A DNA stretch of 63,254 bases from Oscillospiraceae bacterium (GTDB lineage Bacteria; Bacillota; Clostridia; Oscillospirales; Oscillospiraceae), in assembly GCA_045660685.1 (NCBI GenBank), contig JAZREI010000140.1:1-63254 (forward strand), given 5' to 3'. The position numbers were made by a program, and so were the translations under genes. Positions 8,558 through 18,636 of this stretch are shown here, piece by piece; the stretch's first letter is position 1, and each line of letters opens with the position of its first letter. Under the pieces are notes generated by a model. That model saw nothing but the letters and a program-made list of their open reading frames with translations. It did not search any database and was not told where the DNA came from.

Positions 8558-9409
8558 ATGGAAAAGCTGTTTGAAATCATTCAGACTTTATTGCTGCTGA
8601 TTTTCATGCTCTTTGGCGGTGGCGGAGATGCTGCCCCCTTGGAAACACCCGATGGCTCACAGATTGAAGTCCATTTTATCGACGTTGGACAGGCAGACGC
8701 CACCCTTGTTCTCTGCGACGGAGAGGCCATGCTCATAGACGGCGGCAATGTGGGAGACTCCCAAGTGGTGTACACTTACTTGGCAGACCGAGAAATTGAC
8801 TATTTGAAGTACGCCGTTGTCACCCACGCCCACGAAGACCATGTAGGCGGCATGAGCGGTGCGCTGGAATATGCCTATGCGGAAACGGTATTCTGCCCCG
8901 TCACAAAATACGACAGCAAAGCCTTCAATAACTTTCTGAAGGCCGTAGAGAAGCAGGGAAACTCCATCACAATCCCCCGGGCAGGTGATATTTATATGCT
9001 GGGCGGTGCCGCTGTGGAAATCATCCACTGTGACCCCTATGCGGAAGACCCCAACAACACCAGCATCGTTTTACGCATCGTCCACGGTGATACTGCATTC
9101 CTATTCACGGGAGATGCGGAGCTGGAAGTAGAGGAAAAGATTTTGGAGGAAGGCCGCGTCATTGACTGCACCGTTTTGAAGGCAGGTCACCACGGCAGCA
9201 ATACCAGCAACAGCTACCGCTGGGTGTATGAGGCATGGCCCACATACGCAGTCATTCCCGTAGGCAAGGACAACTCCTACGGTCACCCCCACAAGGAAGT
9301 CCTCAGCCGTTTCAAGGACGCAAATATCGAAGTACTTCGTACCGACAAAATGGGCGACATCGTTTGTTACGGCAACGGTGCCGAGCTGGAATTCACCACA
9401 TCCCGATAA
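8558..9409 (+). CDS. MBL-fold metallo-hydrolase (ComEC C-terminal-domain-like), N-terminal membrane anchor
   Basis: Motifs FIDVGQADA, LIDGG, HAHEDHVGG and KAGHHGS are characteristic of the COG2333/ComEC beta-lactamase-like domain. Confidence 0.8.
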   Translation: MEKLFEIIQTLLLLIFMLFGGGGDAAPLETPDGSQIEVHFIDVGQADATLVLCDGEAMLIDGGNVGDSQVVYTYLADREIDYLKYAVVTHAHEDHVGGMSGALEYAYAETVFCPVTKYDSKAFNNFLKAVEKQGNSITIPRAGDIYMLGGAAVEIIHCDPYAEDPNNTSIVLRIVHGDTAFLFTGDAELEVEEKILEEGRVIDCTVLKAGHHGSNTSNSYRWVYEAWPTYAVIPVGKDNSYGHPHKEVLSRFKDANIEVLRTDKMGDIVCYGNGAELEFTTSR

Positions 9410-9516
9410 ACCAAAATACCGCAGTCATTAGACTGCGGTATTTTCTGTTTTGCATTTTCCAAAGCTTGTGATATAATGACCATAACTGTGTATCATTTTA
9501 AATAACAGGTGATCAT

Positions 9517-10731
9517 ATGAATAAATCCAACAACAAATTGGAACAGTACCGCAAACGGCTGTTCAATATTCTGGAAGTAGGTCCTGAAGAAGACACCATC
9601 GGTCGCAGTTATGACATCATCAACCTGCTGTCCATTCTCCTGAATCTGATTGTCAGTATTATGTATACCTTTGATGAATACCGAATTGCCTACGGACCCC
9701 TTCTGTTAAGAATCGAAGCAGGCACAGTGGCTTTCTTCGCCGTAGACTATATCCTGCGACTCATCACCGCCAAGTACCTCTACCCCAAGCTGCCGCCTCA
9801 TCGAGCATTGTGGCAATACTTCCGCAGCTTCAAGGGGCTCATCGACTTGGTCAGCTTCCTCCCCTACTACCTGCCCATCTTTTTCCCCGGCGGCGCACCC
9901 GCATTCCGACTGTTCCGTGTACTGCGACTGTTCCGACTGTTCCGCGTCAACGCATACTACGACAGCTTCTCGGTCATTCTGGAAGTTTTGGACAACAAAC
10001 GTCAGCAGCTGACCAGCTCCGTATTCATCATTGCCATTCTGCTGCTGGGCTCCAGCCTGTGCATGTATTCCTTGGAACACGATGCTCAGCCCGAAGTATT
10101 CAAAAACGCATTCAGCGGCATTTGGTGGGCTGTGTCCACACTGCTGACCGTTGGCTATGGTGATATTTACCCCATTACCCCCTTGGGTCAGTCCCTGAGT
10201 ATCTTCATTACCTTCCTTGGTGTTGGCATGGTCGCCATCCCCACAGGTATTATTTCCGCAGGTTTCGTTGACCAGTACAGCCGTATCAAGCGCATCAGCG
10301 AATACGGCAAGGAAGATGACGTTAACTTCATCAAAATCCAAGTCACCGAAGCGGACAGCTGGAACGGCAAGCAAATTATGCATCTGGGTCTCCCCGGAGG
10401 CATCATCGTAGCAGCCATTCAGCGCGGAGACGACGTTCTGATTCCCCGCGGCAATACCGTACTCCATGTGGGCGACGCTCTGGTATTGGGAGCCCCCTCC
10501 ATGGACCATGACCACCCCATCGACTTGAAGGAAGTCATTCTCCGCAGACAGCATCCTTGGAATGGCAAACGCATCCGCGATTTGGACATTTCCCGTCTGA
10601 CCATTATCATTATGATCAAGCGCGAAGGCAAGTCCTTCATTCCCAACGGCAATACCGTCCTTCACGAAGGAGACCGCGTCATACTGTACACGCAAATCAA
10701 CCTCCACTCCGACGCACACTATTACGTATAA
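9517..10731 (+). CDS. Voltage-sensor-containing K+ channel (6TM) with two C-terminal TrkA-C/RCK_C-like domains
   Basis: The selectivity filter is TVGYGD. An S4-like segment, FRLFRVLRLFRLFRV, has Arg at every third position. The C-terminal part holds two repeats of the type G...V..GD.L.L.G. Confidence 0.85.
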   Translation: MNKSNNKLEQYRKRLFNILEVGPEEDTIGRSYDIINLLSILLNLIVSIMYTFDEYRIAYGPLLLRIEAGTVAFFAVDYILRLITAKYLYPKLPPHRALWQYFRSFKGLIDLVSFLPYYLPIFFPGGAPAFRLFRVLRLFRLFRVNAYYDSFSVILEVLDNKRQQLTSSVFIIAILLLGSSLCMYSLEHDAQPEVFKNAFSGIWWAVSTLLTVGYGDIYPITPLGQSLSIFITFLGVGMVAIPTGIISAGFVDQYSRIKRISEYGKEDDVNFIKIQVTEADSWNGKQIMHLGLPGGIIVAAIQRGDDVLIPRGNTVLHVGDALVLGAPSMDHDHPIDLKEVILRRQHPWNGKRIRDLDISRLTIIIMIKREGKSFIPNGNTVLHEGDRVILYTQINLHSDAHYYV

Positions 10732-10788
10732 TCAAAAAGAGCTATGCAGCATAACGCCGCATAGCTCTTAAATTTTACTCTCATATTC

Positions 10789-10835
10789 CCACCGCAGTAC
10801 GTGAAGGAAGGGGTTTCCGGGGAACGCCCTTCCAC
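10789..10835 (-). repeat. Family-A structured intergenic repeat, partial copy (3' module only)
   Basis: The reverse complement reads GTGGAAGGGCGTTCCCCGGAAACCCCTTCCTTCACGTACTGCGGTGG. It shares the core CCCTTCCTTCAC-N2-ACTGCGG with the copies at 10852, 18637 and 44581. Confidence 0.7.
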
Positions 10836-10851
10836 ATTCTGTTCACCTTTG

Positions 10852-10957
10852 CACCGCAGTACGTGAAGGAAGGGTTCTAAAGGGGAATCATGGCCGGTTC
10901 CCCTTTAGTTTGCGTCGGCGTCAGCCGATATGAAACTTCATCAGAAGTTTCCGCAAA
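10852..10957 (-). repeat. Family-A structured intergenic repeat, full copy (about 105 nt)
   Basis: The reverse complement aligns end to end with 44581-44684. All four stems are preserved through compensatory changes (see findings). Confidence 0.8.
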
Positions 10958-10990
10958 CAAAAAAACCCCACCGCTTTCGCGGTGGGGTTA
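10958..10990 (-). terminator. Intrinsic terminator of oppA
   Basis: On the minus strand, hairpin CCCCACCGCGAAAGCGGTGGGG is followed by a T-run. Confidence 0.75.
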
Positions 10991-11042
10991 CGCTTTTAGT
11001 TAATCATTTCGTTTGCTTTACAGCAAGCGTGGTTTCAAACAA

Positions 11043-12815
11043 TTAGCCAGCGATGGTGGTGTACATGAAGTACTTGTAGCCCAGGGGGTTGCAGAAGAAG
11101 CCTTCTACGGAGTCATCGATCATGTAGATGTCGGTGTAGTAGTACAGGGGAACCAGGCAGCCGGTTTCCATCAGCATGTCTTCTGCCAGGTGCATCATAG
11201 CGTAACGAGTTTCGTTATCGGTGCAAGCCTTGATTTCGGAGATCAGAACGTCGAAGGTTTCTGCCCAAGTAGCGTTTTCAACCTTGTAGTCGATGCCGAA
11301 TTCGGTCAGGTCCAGGTTGTACATAGCCAGGTCAGCGTGTGCGCCCTTGCCGAACTGAACGTCGTTGTTACCGGAGATGGAAGTCCACATATCCAGGAAG
11401 CAGATGGGATCGTTGTAGTCAGCCAGCCAGCCGTTACGTGCAACTGCGTAGTCGCCGTTCTTTCTGGTGTTCAGGAAGGTGTTCCATTCCTGGTTTACCA
11501 GCTGCATGTCGATGCCAACGTTAGCGAAAGCGGTCTGTACGTATTCGCCGATTGCCTTGTGAGCGTCGGAGGTGTTGTACAGGTATTCCAGAGCGGGAAC
11601 GCCGGAGAACTTACCGGTGGTTTCGTCGTATTCGTAGTACTTCTTCAGAGTTTCAACAGCTGCTGCGAAGTTAGCTTCGAAAGCTTCAACGGAAACGTCG
11701 TAGTAACCTACGAAGCCGTCATTGTGACCAGCGGTCTTGTAGAATTCGGAGCCATCGGGATTGGTCATACCCATAGCAACGAAGGAGGATGCGGGAACCT
11801 GACCAGCCTGGCCAATTTCGTCGCAAACGTATACACGGTCCAGAACCAGACCCAGTGCCTTACGGATTTCCTGGTTTGCCAGTTCAGCTTCAACGCCGGT
11901 CAGGCCGGGAACCAGGTTCAGGTTTACGTTCCAGTTAACGTAGTAGGTACCAATCTGACCTGCGATAACGAATTCATCGGGGTACTTTTCCTGCAGGGAC
12001 TTGATTTCGTTGTTGGGAACGTCGTCAATAACCAGCCAGTCGCCCTTTTCGAAGTTGGTCAGCATGTTGTTGGTGTCGTCGGACAGGTAGAACTGCAGTT
12101 CGGGCATGGTAACCAGAGCAGCATCGGGGTGACCTTCGTTCTTGGTCAGGGTGATAACTGCGTCGTGTTCCCAAGCGGTCATGGTGTACATACCGTTACC
12201 AACGTAGGTGGAGGGATCGGTTGCCCATGCTTCATCAGCAACAACGTCTTCACGAACGGGCATGTAGGTGGGGAACGCCAGCAGTTCGTTCCAGTAAGCA
12301 ACGGAGTTAGCCAGAGTTACTTCCAGAGTCTTGTCGTCCAGAGCGGTAACAGCCAGATCGTTGGGGTAACCCTTAACAACTTCGAACATGTAGCCGTAGT
12401 CAGCACCCAGAGCTTCGGATGCAGCGCGCTTCCATGCGAATTCGAAGTCGCCAGCGGTAACAGCTTCACCGTCGGACCACTTCATGTCGCGCAGGGTGTA
12501 GGTGTAGGTTACGGTACCGTCTTCGTTGACAACGCCTTCAACCAGTTCTTCAGCAGCGTCAGCTACGATAACCAGCTTGCCATTGTCGTCAGCCCACTTT
12601 GCCAGGCCGGAGAACAGGTGAGCAACCATGGTTGCACCGTCAACAGCGGAGTTCAGAGCGGGGTCCAGAGTGTCGGGCTCGGAAGCCAGGCACATTGCCA
12701 GAGTGGTTGCGGGAGCTGCAGTATCGGTATTAGCTGCATCATCGGAGCCGCCGCCACAAGCTACCAGGCTCAGCATCATAACCAGAGCCAGCAGCATAGC
12801 CAGAGTCTTCTTCAT
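11043..12815 (-). CDS. oppA: Peptide ABC transporter substrate-binding lipoprotein (family 5, OppA-like)
   Basis: I chose ATG 12815, giving MKKTLAMLLALVMMLSLVACGG (signal peptide plus lipobox LVAC). The body is family-5 SBP-like and the codon usage is strongly biased. The gene has its own promoter-like TTGAAA...TGcTATATT upstream. Confidence 0.85.
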   Translation of the reverse strand: MKKTLAMLLALVMMLSLVACGGGSDDAANTDTAAPATTLAMCLASEPDTLDPALNSAVDGATMVAHLFSGLAKWADDNGKLVIVADAAEELVEGVVNEDGTVTYTYTLRDMKWSDGEAVTAGDFEFAWKRAASEALGADYGYMFEVVKGYPNDLAVTALDDKTLEVTLANSVAYWNELLAFPTYMPVREDVVADEAWATDPSTYVGNGMYTMTAWEHDAVITLTKNEGHPDAALVTMPELQFYLSDDTNNMLTNFEKGDWLVIDDVPNNEIKSLQEKYPDEFVIAGQIGTYYVNWNVNLNLVPGLTGVEAELANQEIRKALGLVLDRVYVCDEIGQAGQVPASSFVAMGMTNPDGSEFYKTAGHNDGFVGYYDVSVEAFEANFAAAVETLKKYYEYDETTGKFSGVPALEYLYNTSDAHKAIGEYVQTAFANVGIDMQLVNQEWNTFLNTRKNGDYAVARNGWLADYNDPICFLDMWTSISGNNDVQFGKGAHADLAMYNLDLTEFGIDYKVENATWAETFDVLISEIKACTDNETRYAMMHLAEDMLMETGCLVPLYYYTDIYMIDDSVEGFFCNPLGYKYFMYTTIAG

Positions 12816-13013
12816 TTTATTCTTTCCTTTCAAAGGGATTTCTAAAACACACTGTATGAGCGAAACCAGCATCTCATACCCGTGTTTCAAACAATGGGTA
12901 GAATATAGCACCAAAACCATACAATTTCAATGGTTTTTATGCATTTTTGCCAAGTTTTTTGATATTCCACAAATTCTTAGCAAGTGTTTTGTACTCTTTG
13001 CCGTAGTAAAGCA

Positions 13014-13052
13014 GTAAAAAAACACACAAGGGCAGGGTATTCCCCTGCCCTG
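13014..13052 (-). terminator. Intrinsic terminator after oppF (separates oppBCDF from oppA)
   Basis: On the minus strand, hairpin GGGCAGG-GAATAC-CCTGCCC is followed by TTGTGTGTTTTTTT. Confidence 0.7.
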
Positions 13053-13155
13053 TATGTAATGTCTGTATCGAGTACAATCGTTTTTCGTCGCCGCATTTTT
13101 CCATCAAATAACCACCTTGCAGTAATCATTGAAGCAGAAAAATGCCGCCTCGCAA

Positions 13156-14145
13156 TTAAATTTCGTCTACGCGATGGCAAGCCACGAAGTGACCGGGCTT
13201 GACTTCACGGAACTCAGGCATGGATTCCGCGCACTTGTCGCAAGCATATGCGCAGCGGGTACGGAAGGGGCAGCCGGAGGGTGCGTTCAGGGGAGAAGGA
13301 ATATCGCCTTCCAGAACGATACGCTTGTTTGCGCGTGCGATGTTGGGGTCGGGAACGGGAACAGCGGACAGCAGAGACTTGGAGTAGGGGTGCATGGGGT
13401 GATCGTAGATTTCATCTGCGTCAGCCAACTCAACCATCTTACCCAGATACATAACTGCGATACGGTCAGAAATGTGACGTACAACCAGCAGGTCATGTGC
13501 AATGAACAGGTAGGTCAGGCCCAGCTTTTCCTGCAGTTCCTGGAACATATTGATAACCTGTGCCTGAATGGAAACGTCCAGTGCGGAAACAGGTTCGTCA
13601 CAAACGATAAAGTCGGGGTTAACAGCCAGAGCACGAGCAATGCCGATACGCTGACGCTGACCGCCGGAGAATTCGTGTGCATAGCGGGAAGCGTGTTCGC
13701 TGTTCAGACCAACGTGTTCCATCAGCTCCAGAATACGAGCCTGACGTTCTTCCTTGGTCTTGTACAGCTTGTGTACGTCCAGAGGTTCGCCGATAATGTC
13801 GGCAACGGTCATACGGGGATTCAGAGAGGAGTAGGGGTCCTGGAAAACCATGGTAGCCTTCTTACGGAACTCCTTGATGTCTTCCTTGGTCTTAATCTGC
13901 TTGCCGTCGTACCAAACTTCACCGTCGGTGGGCTTGTACAGGTGCAGCAGAGTGCGGCCGACAGTGGTCTTGCCGCAGCCGGATTCGCCAACCAGACCCA
14001 GAGTTTCGCCGCGCTTAATGCTGAAGGAAACGCCGTCAACAGCCTTCAGAGGCTTGGTCTTGAAGGGGCCTACAGTGATGGGGAAATGCTGCTTCAGGTT
14101 CTTAACCTCAATCAGAGGCAGATCCATATTCTTGTTTTCGCTCAT
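13156..14145 (-). CDS. oppF: Oligopeptide ABC transporter ATP-binding protein
   Basis: Walker [10 protein letters not shown], signature FSGGQRQR and Walker [13 protein letters not shown], plus the C-terminal oligopeptide-type extension. Confidence 0.9.
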   Translation of the reverse strand: MSENKNMDLPLIEVKNLKQHFPITVGPFKTKPLKAVDGVSFSIKRGETLGLVGESGCGKTTVGRTLLHLYKPTDGEVWYDGKQIKTKEDIKEFRKKATMVFQDPYSSLNPRMTVADIIGEPLDVHKLYKTKEERQARILELMEHVGLNSEHASRYAHEFSGGQRQRIGIARALAVNPDFIVCDEPVSALDVSIQAQVINMFQELQEKLGLTYLFIAHDLLVVRHISDRIAVMYLGKMVELADADEIYDHPMHPYSKSLLSAVPVPDPNIARANKRIVLEGDIPSPLNAPSGCPFRTRCAYACDKCAESMPEFREVKPGHFVACHRVDEI

Positions 14146-14163
14146 TTGGTTCAGCCTCCTTAC

Positions 14164-15141
14164 TTATTTGCCCTGCTGTGCCTTGGCAACATTCATCCAG
14201 CAGGCAGCAGCGTGGTTTTCGTTGATTTCCATACGTTCACAGCGTTCACGGATACAAATCTTCATTGCAGCATCGCAGCGGGGTGCGAAGGGGCAGTCCT
14301 TGGGCATGTACAGCAAGTCGATGGGGGTACCGGTGATGGGCTGCAGACGTTCGGTGGTAGTGGTGGTGGGAATGGAACGCAGCAGACCCTTGGTGTATTC
14401 GTGGCAGGGGTTGTAGAAGATTTCGTCAGCGGTGCCCTGTTCACAAATGGAACCTGCATACATAACGATAACTTCGTCACACATCTGCGCAACAACACCC
14501 AGGTCGTGGGTAATCATGATAATCGCCATACCCAGTTCTTCCTGCAGTTGCTTCATCAGGTCCAGAATCTGTGCCTGAATGGTAACGTCCAGTGCGGTGG
14601 TGGGTTCGTCAGCGATCAGAATGTCGGGTTCGCAGGCCAGAGCCATTGCGATCATAACGCGCTGACGCATACCGCCGGAGAATTCGAAGGGGTACTGCTT
14701 CATGCGCTTTTCGGGTTCGTTGATGTTAACCAGACGCAGCATTTCCACTGCGCGGTCGTATGCCTGCTGCTTGTCACGGTCGGTGTGCAGCAGAATTGCT
14801 TCCATCAGCTGGTTGCCGATGGTCTGAGTGGGATTCAGAGAAGTCATGGGGTCCTGGAAGATGATGGAGATCTTGTTGCCGCGAACAGTCTTCATCACAG
14901 GTTCACCTGCGTCAACCAGTTCCTGGCCATCCAGCTGAATGGAGCCGCCGATGATCTTGCCGGTGCCTGCCAGAATCTGCATGATGGAGTATGCGGTAAC
15001 GGACTTGCCGGAACCGGATTCGCCAACGATGCCCAGAACCTTGCCGCGTTCCAGATTGAAGGAAACGCCGTTGACAGCCTTAACTTCGCCTGCGTCAGTA
15101 AAGAAGGAGGTACGCAGGTCTCTTACTTCTAACAAAGCCAT
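14164..15141 (-). CDS. oppD: Oligopeptide ABC transporter ATP-binding protein
   Basis: Walker A GESGSGKS, signature FSGGMRQR and Walker [13 protein letters not shown]. Confidence 0.9.
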   Translation of the reverse strand: MALLEVRDLRTSFFTDAGEVKAVNGVSFNLERGKVLGIVGESGSGKSVTAYSIMQILAGTGKIIGGSIQLDGQELVDAGEPVMKTVRGNKISIIFQDPMTSLNPTQTIGNQLMEAILLHTDRDKQQAYDRAVEMLRLVNINEPEKRMKQYPFEFSGGMRQRVMIAMALACEPDILIADEPTTALDVTIQAQILDLMKQLQEELGMAIIMITHDLGVVAQMCDEVIVMYAGSICEQGTADEIFYNPCHEYTKGLLRSIPTTTTTERLQPITGTPIDLLYMPKDCPFAPRCDAAMKICIRERCERMEINENHAAACWMNVAKAQQGK

Positions 15142-15159
15142 ATTCAGTACGCTCCTTTC

Positions 15160-16224
15160 TTAGCCGTTGAGTTTGGGGTCAAATGCGTCACGCAGACCGT
15201 CACCGAACAGGTTCAGAGACAGAACGATCAGAGAGATGACGATTGCGGGAATAACGAGACGATAGGGGTAAGAGCTCATGCCGTTGAGTGCGTCGGAAGC
15301 CAGAGAGCCCAGAGAAGGCATGGGAGCGTTTACGCCCAGACCCAGGAAGGACAGGTAGCTTTCGGTGAAGATTGCAGAGGGGATCTGCAGTGCGGTGGAG
15401 ATAACAACAACGGAGATGCAGTTGGGCAGCAGATGCTTGGTGATGATCCACTTGCCGGGTGCGCCTGCAGCCTGTGCTGCCAGCACGTATTCCTGTTCAC
15501 GCAGAGACAGAATCTGACCACGGATCTGACGGGACATGGAAACCCAGTACAGCAGACCGAAAACGATGAACAGAGAAATCATATTGGTACCCAATTTTGC
15601 CAGGACAGTGCCTTCGATGATGGGCTGCAGCACCTGCTTCAGAACGGTGGACAGCAGAATAACCATCAGCATATCGGGCAGAGAGTAGATGATGTCAACG
15701 ATACGCATGATCACAAGGTCAACCTTGCCGCCGCAGTAGCCTGCGATGGAGCCAACGGTCAGACCGATAATCAGAACGATCAGAGAAGCAAAGAAACCAA
15801 CAGACAGAGAGATACGTGCGCCGTAAACAACACGGATGAAGTAGTCACGACCTGCGGAGTCAGTGCCGAAGATGTGGGGGAATACCTTTTCGCCTGCATC
15901 GATCAGCTTCTGTTCGGTGCGGCCGTATTCAAAGGGAGCGAGGTTGGCAAAGCTTGCGTCAACAGGCTTGCCGGGAACTGCACCCAGCTGCTGGTCATAC
16001 GCATAGGGCCAGAACATGGGCAGCAGCACGGAGCTGAGGGTGATGAGAACGATGACAATCAGAGAAACCAGAGCAACTCTGTTCTTCACCAGACGCTTGC
16101 AGCCGTCCTTGAAGAAGGTGGAGGAGGGGCGCATCTGCACCATGTATTCCTTTTCTTCTGCGGATGCGGGGGCAAAGCAATCCAGATCGGGGTGCATAGA
16201 CAACTTCTGCAGATTCATATCCAT
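15160..16224 (-). CDS. oppC: Oligopeptide ABC transporter permease
   Basis: BPD_transp_1-type permease with an OppC-like N-terminal extension. It lies in the operon between oppB and oppD. Confidence 0.85.
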   Translation of the reverse strand: MDMNLQKLSMHPDLDCFAPASAEEKEYMVQMRPSSTFFKDGCKRLVKNRVALVSLIVIVLITLSSVLLPMFWPYAYDQQLGAVPGKPVDASFANLAPFEYGRTEQKLIDAGEKVFPHIFGTDSAGRDYFIRVVYGARISLSVGFFASLIVLIIGLTVGSIAGYCGGKVDLVIMRIVDIIYSLPDMLMVILLSTVLKQVLQPIIEGTVLAKLGTNMISLFIVFGLLYWVSMSRQIRGQILSLREQEYVLAAQAAGAPGKWIITKHLLPNCISVVVISTALQIPSAIFTESYLSFLGLGVNAPMPSLGSLASDALNGMSSYPYRLVIPAIVISLIVLSLNLFGDGLRDAFDPKLNG

Positions 16225-16239
16225 ATTCCATTGTCCTCC

Positions 16240-17169
16240 TTATTCCAGATTGATGCGAGGGTCAACGACCTTGTACAGAATGTCGGAGACCAGGTTCATA
16301 ATAACGATCAGAGATGCCAGAACGATGGTGGTACCCATGATCAGGGGGTAGTCACGGTCGGTGATGGAGCCGACGAATGCGCGGCCGATGCCGTTAACAG
16401 CAAAGATCTTTTCAACAACCAGAGAGCCGGTGACGATGTAAGCCAGCATGGGCCCGATGTAGGTGATGACGGGGATCAGAGCGTTCTTCAGTGCGTGCTT
16501 GAAGATAATCTTCATGCCGGAAACACCCTTTGCCTTAGCAGTACGGATGTAGTCCTGACCCAGAACGTCCAGCATGGAGGAACGAGTCAGACGAGTGATG
16601 TTCGCCATGGGGCTCAGGGACAGAGTGATAACGGGCAGAATCAGACCTGCTGCGGTGGTGCCGTTTGCGGGAACCAGGTTGAGCTTCAGAGCGAAGATCA
16701 GCAGCAGCAGAGAGCCCATAATGAAGCTGGGCATGGAAACGCAAGCAGTGGAGAATACCATGATGCATCTGTCCAGTACGGAGTTACGCTTCAGCGCAGC
16801 AACAGCGCCCATAATAATGCCGCAGAATGCTGCAATTGCCGCAGCTGCAACACCCAGCTTAGCGGAAACAGCCAGACCGCGGGAGATGATGTCGATAACA
16901 TCCTGACCACGCTGCTTCAGGGAGGGGCCGAAATCGAACTTGGTTACGATATCGGTCAGGTAGGTGATGTACTGTTCCATAACCGGTTTGTCCAAACCGT
17001 ACTTAGCCTCCAGAGCCGCCTGAGCTGCAGCAGAAATCGCTTTTTCACCCAGGAAGGGGCCACCGGGAACTGCACGGGAGACGAAGAAAGTGATGGTGAT
17101 GACGACCCAAACGGTCAGCAGCGCCAGCAGAACTCTCTTCAGGATATAAAACATTGTTTTGGAGTTCAT
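16240..17169 (-). CDS. oppB: Oligopeptide ABC transporter permease
   Basis: I chose ATG 17169 (MNSKTMFYILKRVLLALLTVW...), which gives a typical OppB N-terminus. The upstream part of the track ORF runs through the non-coding leader. Confidence 0.85.
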   Translation of the reverse strand: MNSKTMFYILKRVLLALLTVWVVITITFFVSRAVPGGPFLGEKAISAAAQAALEAKYGLDKPVMEQYITYLTDIVTKFDFGPSLKQRGQDVIDIISRGLAVSAKLGVAAAAIAAFCGIIMGAVAALKRNSVLDRCIMVFSTACVSMPSFIMGSLLLLIFALKLNLVPANGTTAAGLILPVITLSLSPMANITRLTRSSMLDVLGQDYIRTAKAKGVSGMKIIFKHALKNALIPVITYIGPMLAYIVTGSLVVEKIFAVNGIGRAFVGSITDRDYPLIMGTTIVLASLIVIMNLVSDILYKVVDPRINLE

Positions 17170-17372
17170 TTTTATACCGCCTTCTAATTTATTTTTGTAC
17201 AACGCACGATTGGATCGCAGCGGTAATATTTGCAGAGAAAAAACCATACAGTCGCTCTCCGTCGGCTGCATCGTTTTCTCCCTGCAAATAGGAGAACCTC
17301 TGCAACTTTTTACAAAGCTCACTTTATTACTTTACCACAACGATGCGCCATCAGCGCATTATACAGGCTACT

Positions 17373-17401
17373 ATTATAGAAGATGTTACAATAAATTTCA
17401 A
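17373..17401 (-). promoter_or_regulatory. Predicted opp promoter TTGAAA-17-TATAAT with the 11-mer GTAACATCTTC filling the spacer next to the -10
   Basis: Read on the minus strand as TTGAAATTTATTGTAACATCTTCTATAAT. About 200 nt of leader follow, including a long hairpin at 17227-17289. Confidence 0.5.
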
Positions 17402-17706
17402 CAAAAAAATGTATAATTCTTTTACCAAACCTTAAAGTTTGTGTAAGTGTTTACGTTTTACGGAGATATTTTTTGCTTTTTGGCTATTTTGCTAAAGGAA
17501 ATCCCGAATCCTACCGCAAATATCTACGAAATTTTTGCTATTAACAGAAATTTTATGCAAAAATGGGGATTTCATTGCATAAAACGTATTATTTTTTCGC
17601 CAATTCCACCGCATACCGCACAACCGCAGCCATAGCTGTTTTCCTTGCCTTTTGGGTATGATTGCTCTACAATAATAATAGAAAGAACTATACGGAGGGA
17701 TTGCTC

Positions 17707-18633
17707 ATGAGCCAACTGACCGAACGCACATTCTTGTCCTGCAACAAAGTCAACACCATTTACGTCCGCAGCCGTCAGCCTCAGGGTCCCGTACGGGCAA
17801 CCCTGCAGATTGCCCACGGTCTTGCGGAGTACATTGACCGCTACGACGAATTTATGGACTATCTGGCAAAGGCAGGCATCGCAGTTTACGGCAATGACCA
17901 CATCGGTCACGGCAACTCCGTTTACATGGACCGCTGGGGCTATGTAGGCGAGCGCGCAGGCTGGAACGTGATGCTGGCAGATATGAACGCCCTGTCCAAG
18001 GAAATTCGGGCAGAGCATCCCCATGTGCCCCACTTCCTGTTTGGGCATTCCATGGGCAGCTTCTTGGCACGCACTTACCTTATTAAATATCCCGATGACC
18101 ATGACGGCTGCATCATCTGCGGCACAGGTCACCCTGCCAGAGCGGTAACCATGGGGGCACGGGCACTGGCTGCTGTGGAAATCAAGCGCCACGGACCGGG
18201 CTACTACAGCAAGCTGCTGGACAGCGTCATGAACAAGCAATACAACGGAGGCTATGACAATCCCCGCACCGCCTATGACTGGATTTCCTCCGACCCCAAT
18301 CGCGTAGACGAGTACATTGCCGACCCCAAATGCGGCTTCGTCCCCACCGCGGGACTTCTCAGTGAAATTCTGAAGGGTCTCAGCTACATCACCTCTCCCC
18401 GCAACATCGAAAAAATGTCCAAGGACGTTCCCGTGTACTTCATCAGCGGCGCCGCAGACCCCGTTGGGGAGCTGTCTCAGGGTGTCATCCGCGCCTATAA
18501 GGCATTCCTGAAGGCAGGCATGAAGGACGTAAGCCTGAAGCTCTACCCCGATCTGCGCCACGAAATCATGCTGGAAGTCAACCGTGACGAGGTCATGACC
18601 GACGCACTGAACTGGCTCACCGAACATTGCTAA
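17707..18633 (+). CDS. Alpha/beta hydrolase (lysophospholipase/monoacylglycerol-lipase-like)
   Basis: I chose ATG 17707 (SD GGAGGG). The nucleophile elbow is GHSMGS and the HG oxyanion context is AHGLAEY. Product about 308 aa. Confidence 0.8.
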   Translation: MSQLTERTFLSCNKVNTIYVRSRQPQGPVRATLQIAHGLAEYIDRYDEFMDYLAKAGIAVYGNDHIGHGNSVYMDRWGYVGERAGWNVMLADMNALSKEIRAEHPHVPHFLFGHSMGSFLARTYLIKYPDDHDGCIICGTGHPARAVTMGARALAAVEIKRHGPGYYSKLLDSVMNKQYNGGYDNPRTAYDWISSDPNRVDEYIADPKCGFVPTAGLLSEILKGLSYITSPRNIEKMSKDVPVYFISGAADPVGELSQGVIRAYKAFLKAGMKDVSLKLYPDLRHEIMLEVNRDEVMTDALNWLTEHC

Positions 18634-18636
18634 AAA

